Below, piece by piece: positions 58,374 to 64,000 of a stretch of 64,000 bases of DNA. How positions within the stretch are numbered: position 1 is the first letter of the stretch; each line of letters begins with the position of its first letter. The stretch comes from Alphaproteobacteria bacterium (GTDB taxonomy: Bacteria > Pseudomonadota > Alphaproteobacteria > SP197): positions 640,001 to 704,000 of the forward strand of contig OZ219918.1 of the NCBI GenBank assembly GCA_964291415.2. The letters run 5' to 3'. A model generated the notes under the pieces. It made no database searches, was not told where the DNA came from, and saw nothing but the letters and a program-made list of their open reading frames with translations. A program made the position numbers and the translations under genes.

Positions 58374-59549
58374 ATGTTGAATCACGCACCATCAATCACC
58401 AGCGACGAGATGGTTGACCGGGTTCTGGACGAATCGGCGGTGGCGCGGTTCCGGACGGCGACCGGAGACGGCAGCGGCCTTCCCAACGAATGCTACACCA
58501 GCCCTGAGTGGCTGAAGGCGGAGAACGAGAGAATCTTCGCCCGCACATGGATGCTTGCCGGTTTCTGTCACGACGTTCCCGAGCCGGGAGACGTCTCGCC
58601 GGTGGAGATGGCCGGCATGCCGCTCATCATCGTGCGCGATCACGACGGCATGATCAGGGTCTTCCACAATGTCTGCCGGCATCGCGGGGCGGTCGTGGTG
58701 CCGGAACGGTGCCGGCGCCAGTCGGTCCTGACCTGTCCCTATCATTCGTGGGTCTACGGCCTCGACGGCAGCCTGCGCATGCGCCCCCATTTTTTCGGTG
58801 GCGGCCGCCACGATACGGATCCCGGAAGGGACGCGCCGGGTCTGGTGCCGGTGCGCCATGCCGTCTGGCATGACCTCGTCTTCGTCAACATCTCGGGCGA
58901 CGCGCCGGAATTCGAGGATCACTGGGAACCGTTCGCCCGGCGCACCAGTGATTACGACTTCGGCGCCCTCAACTATGCCGCGACCCTGGACTTCGACGTC
59001 AAGGGCAACTGGAAGCTCATCTACGAGAACTTCTACGACGCCTATCACGTGCCCACGGTCCACCCCAAGCTGGAAATCTTTACGCCTCTCGACACCAGGG
59101 TGGCCGTCGACACGGAGGGTCCCTGGTTTCACAACACGTCGACGATCCAGGAACCCCAGCCGGGACGCGGCATCGGCATGCCCATGTATCCCGGTCTCGA
59201 CACCGAGGGACAACGCACCGAGTGGTACTTCCATCTCTTCCCGACGACCGGCATCCAGATCTGGCCCGACCAGCTCGCCATCTTCCAGCTCCATGCCCTG
59301 GCGCCGGACCGGACCAGGGAGCACATCCACATGTATTTCATCGGGGATGCGGCGAGCGACGAGGCATTCGCCCGGCATCGCCAGGATGTCTACGACATGT
59401 GGAACGAGCTCAACACGGAAGATTTCGAGATCGTCGAGAACATGCAGGGCGCCAGGACCTCGCCCGGATTCGATGGCGGTGTCCTGTCGCCCTACTGGGA
59501 TCCGGCAACCCAGCACTTCGCGAGGCTGGTGACGGACTTCATGCACTGA
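58374..59549 (+). CDS. Rieske non-heme iron oxygenase alpha subunit (choline monooxygenase-like group)
   Basis: NVCRHRG...CPYHSW Rieske motif, NWK...ENFYDAYHVPTVHP and ED...E..Q. Confidence 0.9.
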   Translation: MLNHAPSITSDEMVDRVLDESAVARFRTATGDGSGLPNECYTSPEWLKAENERIFARTWMLAGFCHDVPEPGDVSPVEMAGMPLIIVRDHDGMIRVFHNVCRHRGAVVVPERCRRQSVLTCPYHSWVYGLDGSLRMRPHFFGGGRHDTDPGRDAPGLVPVRHAVWHDLVFVNISGDAPEFEDHWEPFARRTSDYDFGALNYAATLDFDVKGNWKLIYENFYDAYHVPTVHPKLEIFTPLDTRVAVDTEGPWFHNTSTIQEPQPGRGIGMPMYPGLDTEGQRTEWYFHLFPTTGIQIWPDQLAIFQLHALAPDRTREHIHMYFIGDAASDEAFARHRQDVYDMWNELNTEDFEIVENMQGARTSPGFDGGVLSPYWDPATQHFARLVTDFMH

Positions 59550-59558
59550 TCCGGGGCG

Positions 59559-60797
59559 TTACGGGCCCAGGAGATCGTCGTCCCAGGGGAAGGGTGAGAG
59601 GAGGTCGTAGCCATGGCGGGTCACGACGACCTGCTGCTCGAGCTTGACGCCCTCTCCGCCGTGCTCGGAGCCGATGAAACTCTCGATGCACAGCACCATG
59701 TTCTCCTCCAGTTCGCCGTCGGTGCCCTGGGTTTCCCAGTCGACGGGCCAGGGAATGGCCGGCCACTCGTCGCCCATGCCGATGCCGTGGGCCATGAACG
59801 GGTAGCGATGCTTGAGGAACTCTTCGGGGTAGGGCCAGCAGCCCTTCGAGAAGGCCTCGAAGGAGACACCGGCCCTCACCAGCTCGAGGTTGTGCTCGAT
59901 TATGTCGACGGCAAGACGGTAGAGACGGCGTTGCGCGGGTGTCGGCGACGCCGGACCGCAGAGCAAGGTCCGGGACACGTCGGCGCTGTAGCCCAACGGG
60001 CCGATCATCCCGCAGTCGAACGCCACCAGGTCGCCGGCCTCGATCGCCCGGTTCGACGCCTCCTGTTCCCAGGGATTGATGCGCGGTCCCGAAGCGAGGA
60101 GCCGGTATTCCAGCCACTCGCCGCCAAACGATGAATTGGTCTGCTGCAGGATCGACCAGGCCTCGTGTTCCGTCATGCCCGGGCTCAAGGCCTCGCGGAG
60201 CCGTTCCATGGCGATCCCGGCGATCGTGCAAGCGTTGGCCAGACAGCGGATCTCGTCGTCGTTCTTGATCAGTGTTGCCCGTTCCACGAGACGGTCGGCG
60301 GAGACCACCTCGAGACCCCGGGCGACGAGGGCATGCACGAGAATCGGATCGGCGATGTCGAGGGCAAGCCTCCTGCCGCCCTGGGCGTGCGCCAGATCCG
60401 CGACCTCGCCGGCGAACGACGCGGCCATGCCGGCGCTGCGTTCGCCGGCAGGGAAGTAGGCGAACACCGGCATCGGTCTCAGTTCACCGGTGGTCTCCGG
60501 AGACTCGTGGGGATCGTCGGGATGAATCGAGTCGAAGACGGTGTTGAGGCCGCTTGCCGGAACGAAGGCGGCGCTCGACGGCTTGTGGGCGTTGAAGATG
60601 GCCGAGCGCAGCATTCCCGTGGCATAGCGCTTGTTGTGGACGCCCAGGAGAAGCAGGCCGCAACAGACCTCGTCGACGATGGCCTTCTGCAGCCTCGCCA
60701 GGCGATAGCGCAGCATGCGTCCGACATCGATGACGGTCCCGGCCTCCTCGGGCGAGAAGACCGCAGCGGCCGGTGTCGGGAGGGTTGCGGTGTTCAT
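59559..60797 (-). CDS. M24-family protein, DddP (DMSP lyase)-like
   Basis: YRLARL, GGEWLEYRLLASGPRINPW, FDCGMIG, DVSRT, HGIGMGDEWP and GVKLEQQ motifs. Confidence 0.78.
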   Translation of the reverse strand: MNTATLPTPAAAVFSPEEAGTVIDVGRMLRYRLARLQKAIVDEVCCGLLLLGVHNKRYATGMLRSAIFNAHKPSSAAFVPASGLNTVFDSIHPDDPHESPETTGELRPMPVFAYFPAGERSAGMAASFAGEVADLAHAQGGRRLALDIADPILVHALVARGLEVVSADRLVERATLIKNDDEIRCLANACTIAGIAMERLREALSPGMTEHEAWSILQQTNSSFGGEWLEYRLLASGPRINPWEQEASNRAIEAGDLVAFDCGMIGPLGYSADVSRTLLCGPASPTPAQRRLYRLAVDIIEHNLELVRAGVSFEAFSKGCWPYPEEFLKHRYPFMAHGIGMGDEWPAIPWPVDWETQGTDGELEENMVLCIESFIGSEHGGEGVKLEQQVVVTRHGYDLLSPFPWDDDLLGP

Positions 60798-60858
60798 GAG
60801 GCGCCACTATTGACCGGCGTTGTCACGCCGCAAGTTTTTTTCTACGGTCGCCCCGTCC

Positions 60859-60935
<77 letters not shown>

Positions 60936-61013
60936 TTCTTTTGAGTTCGAGACCGTGCGCCGCGCTTTTCGATGGGCGCCTCGCGGAACCCGGCACACAT
61001 GAAGGAAGCAACC

Positions 61014-62234
61014 ATGGTTCAATCACCGGACATGCCGCGGCTTGCCGCCTGGCACATCGGCGACAAGGTCTACCGCCCGTTCTCCGATGCCGAGATGACG
61101 CGCCGCCAGGACGCCGTGAGGGACTGGATGGCGGAGCATGATGTCGATGCTGCGCTCTTCACCTCGTACCACTGCATCAACTACTACTCGGGATGGCTCT
61201 ACTGCGGTTTCGGACGCCGTTTCGGCATGGTCATCACCGCCGATTCGGCCACGACGATCTCGACCGGAACCGATGGCGGGCAGTCCTGGCGCCGCAGCTT
61301 CGCTGACAACATCGCCTACACCGACTGGCGCCGCGGCAACTACTTCGAGGCCGTGAAGAGCCTCACGAAGGGCGTGCGCCGCCTCGGGATCGAGTTCGAT
61401 CACATGAACCTCGAATTCAGGCGCGAACTGGAAGAGGCCGTGCCCGGCGTCACCTTCGTCGATGTCGCCCGGCCATCGATGTGGATGCGCACCATCAAGT
61501 CCCCGGAAGAGATTTCGCTCATCAGGGAGGGCGCCCGCACGGCCGACATCGGCGGCGAGGCCTGCATCGCGGCGGTGGCCGCCGGTGTGCCCGAGCACGA
61601 AGTGGCGATCGCGGTCACCGATGCGATGATCCGCGAGATTGCCGGCAACCACCCCTACGTCGAGCCGATGGAGACCTGGGCCTGGCTCCAGTCCGGCATC
61701 AACACCGACGGCGCTCACAATCCGGTCACCAACCGCGTCATCGAGTCGGGGGACATTCTCAGCCTGAACGCGTTCCCGATGATCTTCGGGTACTACGCGG
61801 CCCTCGAAAGAACCCTGTTCTGCGACCATGCCGGCGACGCCCATCTCGACCTTTGGGAAAAGAACGTCGCGGTGCACAGGCGCGGCATCGAGCTTGTCCG
61901 TCCGGGAGCCAGGTGCCACGAGATTGCCGCGGAGCTGAACGAGCTCTACCGGTCCTGGGACCTCCTGCAGTACCGCTGCTTCGGCTACGGCCACTCCTTC
62001 GGCGTGCTGAGCCACTACTACGGACGCGAGGCCGGCGTCGAACTGCGCGAGGATGTCGACACCGAGCTCAAACCGGGCATGGTGGTCTCCATGGAGCCGA
62101 TGATCATGATCCCGCCGGGCCTGCCCGGGGCGGGAGGCTACCGCGAGCACGACATCCTGGTGATCCACGAGGACGGAGCGGAGAACATCACGCGCTTTCC
62201 GTTCGGCCCCGAACACAACATCATCCGGAACTGA
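61014..62234 (+). CDS. Creatinase (creatine amidinohydrolase)
   Basis: FTSYHCINYYSG, QSGINTDGAHNPVT, GYGHSFGVLSHYYGREAG, GYREHDIL and GPEHNII motifs. Confidence 0.92.
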   Translation: MVQSPDMPRLAAWHIGDKVYRPFSDAEMTRRQDAVRDWMAEHDVDAALFTSYHCINYYSGWLYCGFGRRFGMVITADSATTISTGTDGGQSWRRSFADNIAYTDWRRGNYFEAVKSLTKGVRRLGIEFDHMNLEFRRELEEAVPGVTFVDVARPSMWMRTIKSPEEISLIREGARTADIGGEACIAAVAAGVPEHEVAIAVTDAMIREIAGNHPYVEPMETWAWLQSGINTDGAHNPVTNRVIESGDILSLNAFPMIFGYYAALERTLFCDHAGDAHLDLWEKNVAVHRRGIELVRPGARCHEIAAELNELYRSWDLLQYRCFGYGHSFGVLSHYYGREAGVELREDVDTELKPGMVVSMEPMIMIPPGLPGAGGYREHDILVIHEDGAENITRFPFGPEHNIIRN

Positions 62235-62250
62235 AGGACTGCCCGACATC

Positions 62251-63492
62251 ATGGACTACCGCGACGAGGTGTATTTCGAGGCCCAGCCGGAACGCGAGGT
62301 TGCGTTCACCCAGGAAGAGTTCGACGCCCGCCTGGCGCGGATTCGCGAAGCCATGGCCAGGGCGGGGATCGACTGCCTGTTCCTGTCGTCTCCGGAGAGC
62401 ATGTACTACGTCTCCGGCTACGTCTGCATGTGGTATCACACGGAAAGCCCCATCGAATGGAGCGCGACCAACGGCATCGCCGTTCATGTCGACCATGACC
62501 GCTTCATCCATTTCGAGACCGAACGCGAGGCCGTCCTGACACGGACCTTCACGGTCTCGAGGGACACCCGCTACTTTCCCAAGTCGAGCTACCGCGACGG
62601 CACGGCGTTCATCGCCTCGGAACTGAAGGCTGAGGGCTGGCTCAAGGGCTCCGTCGGCCTGGAGATGCACGCCATGCGCCCCAACCGGGCGGTGAGCGAC
62701 CGTTTCCAGGCGGCGTTCGAGGCAGCCGGCGCGACGGTGGTCGACGGCAGCCGCATCCTGAGGGAGGTGCGCTGGGTCAAGTCTCCCGCCGAGATGGCCT
62801 GCCTGAAGGAGGGCTGCCGCATCGCCGCCGCCGGTCTGATGAGGGCGCGCGACGTGCTGCGTCCGGGAGTGACCGAACTCGAGGTGCAGGGAGAGGTGAT
62901 CAGCGCCCTCGCGAAGGCGGGTGGCGAACTCCAGTCGATGATGATGCCGGTGCTGTCGGGAAAGAAGTCCAACGCGGCCCACGCCATCGCCACGCGCCGC
63001 CGGATGCAGGCCGGCGAGACGGTGACCATCGACGTGGCCGGCGTCTGCAAGCGCTACCACATCAACTGCGCGCGCACCTTCAGCCTTGGCGAGCCGCAGT
63101 CGGACGTCAAGGACGTGGCCGACCGTTCGGCTGCCGTCATGGACGTGGTGCGCGCGTGCCTGAGGCCCGGGCTGCCCGTGCGCGAGCTCAACGAGAAGGT
63201 CAAGGCCCACTACGATGCCGAGGGGCTGTGGACGAGCCGCGGCTGGATCGGCGGCTACGAGATGGGTATCGGCTTCCTGTCGGACTGGGTCGGGAACTTC
63301 GTCTACGACCCGCTCTCGGAGAAGAACGCCGATCGCGTCTTCGAGCCCGGTACGGCGGTCAACCACGAGATCCAGATCTTCCTGCCCCGCCATGTCGGAC
63401 AGTTCTTCATGATCGAATGCCTGCTTTTCGAGGAGGACCAGGCGTTCATGGCGACGCCGGAGGTTCCCTATTCGCTGATCGTCGTCGAGTAG
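62251..63492 (+). CDS. M24/creatinase-like aminopeptidase-P-fold protein
   Basis: EEFDARLARIR, YYVSGY, RWVKSPAE, AH and RT motifs; several canonical metal ligands are absent. Confidence 0.82.
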   Translation: MDYRDEVYFEAQPEREVAFTQEEFDARLARIREAMARAGIDCLFLSSPESMYYVSGYVCMWYHTESPIEWSATNGIAVHVDHDRFIHFETEREAVLTRTFTVSRDTRYFPKSSYRDGTAFIASELKAEGWLKGSVGLEMHAMRPNRAVSDRFQAAFEAAGATVVDGSRILREVRWVKSPAEMACLKEGCRIAAAGLMRARDVLRPGVTELEVQGEVISALAKAGGELQSMMMPVLSGKKSNAAHAIATRRRMQAGETVTIDVAGVCKRYHINCARTFSLGEPQSDVKDVADRSAAVMDVVRACLRPGLPVRELNEKVKAHYDAEGLWTSRGWIGGYEMGIGFLSDWVGNFVYDPLSEKNADRVFEPGTAVNHEIQIFLPRHVGQFFMIECLLFEEDQAFMATPEVPYSLIVVE

Positions 63493-63501
63493 CAGGGCGG
63501 A

Positions 63502-64000
63502 ATGGCGACCTGGATCAGGGGCGGCAGGCTCTACGACGTCTCGGGCGGCGGCTGGCGCGACGGCGACCTTCGGGTGGTCGACGGACGAATCGCCGCTTCC
63601 GGCGGCCGCCCCTCAGGCGATGACGTGGTGGTCGATGTCGAGGGCGCCTTCCTCATGCCCGGGTTCATCGACTGCCACGTCCATCTCTGCCTGCCGACCG
63701 AAGACGGCAATCCGGACAATCCCTGGGGCGGCAGGTTGCCGGGCGAGATCGCGATCCACGCGGCCCAGGCGGCGGAGCGCACCCTCATGGGCGGCGTGAC
63801 CACGGCGCGCGATGTCGGCGGCTGGGACTACCACGAGATCGCCGTGCGCAACCTCGTCAATCGGGGCAGGCTCCGTGGTCCCCGGCTGTTCTGCGCCGGC
63901 CGGCTGCTCTCCGTCACCACATCGACGACGGCCTGGTACGCGGGCATGTACGCGACCGCCGACGGTCCCGACGAGGTCCGCGCCGCGGCGCGCCGGCAAC
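63502..64000 (+). CDS. Amidohydrolase family protein, runs off the window
   Basis: Manual translation MATWIRGGRLYD...MPGFIDCHVH...GVTTARDVG; not in the ORF track. Confidence 0.88.
   Translation, partial: MATWIRGGRLYDVSGGGWRDGDLRVVDGRIAASGGRPSGDDVVVDVEGAFLMPGFIDCHVHLCLPTEDGNPDNPWGGRLPGEIAIHAAQAAERTLMGGVTTARDVGGWDYHEIAVRNLVNRGRLRGPRLFCAGRLLSVTTSTTAWYAGMYATADGPDEVRAAARRQ

Overview
This is a GC-rich bacterial chromosome segment. Gene content and synteny (ribF-ileS-lspA-DUF3035-mutL, rsmD-rluB, phaC-hom-glpX...recJ-tRNA-Glu) point to an alphaproteobacterium. The backbone carries an nfeD/floA membrane-microdomain cluster, a Liv-type ABC transporter, three orphan PotD-like binding proteins, argC, phaC, a betaine-homocysteine methyltransferase-like gene, a Rieske oxygenase, creatinase and other M24-fold enzymes, and two tRNAs (Glu-TTC, Arg-CCG). 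There are two mosaic accessory regions. The first (~34.45-50.45 kb) separates glpX from recJ. It holds an AT-richer three-gene module that looks like a chaperone/antitoxin/ADP-ribosyltransferase-like toxin system, an inverted internal copy of recJ, a truncated metallohydrolase with a divergent XRE-ImmA regulator, a chimeric PIN/DUF6765 gene, an intact IS110/IS1111-type element, a pyrogallol-transhydroxylase-like molybdoenzyme pair and IS/integrase debris. The second (~52.4-57.2 kb) follows tRNA-Glu and holds two LysR regulators, integrase and HipA remnants and a degenerate inverted tRNA-Glu 3' end. The strongest non-coding signal is the 3' region of the IS110 element: it folds into a ~200-nt RNA whose internal loops match the element's own target and circle-junction sequences, as expected for a bridge/seek RNA. 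All product calls come from recognising motifs by eye; no database search was run.
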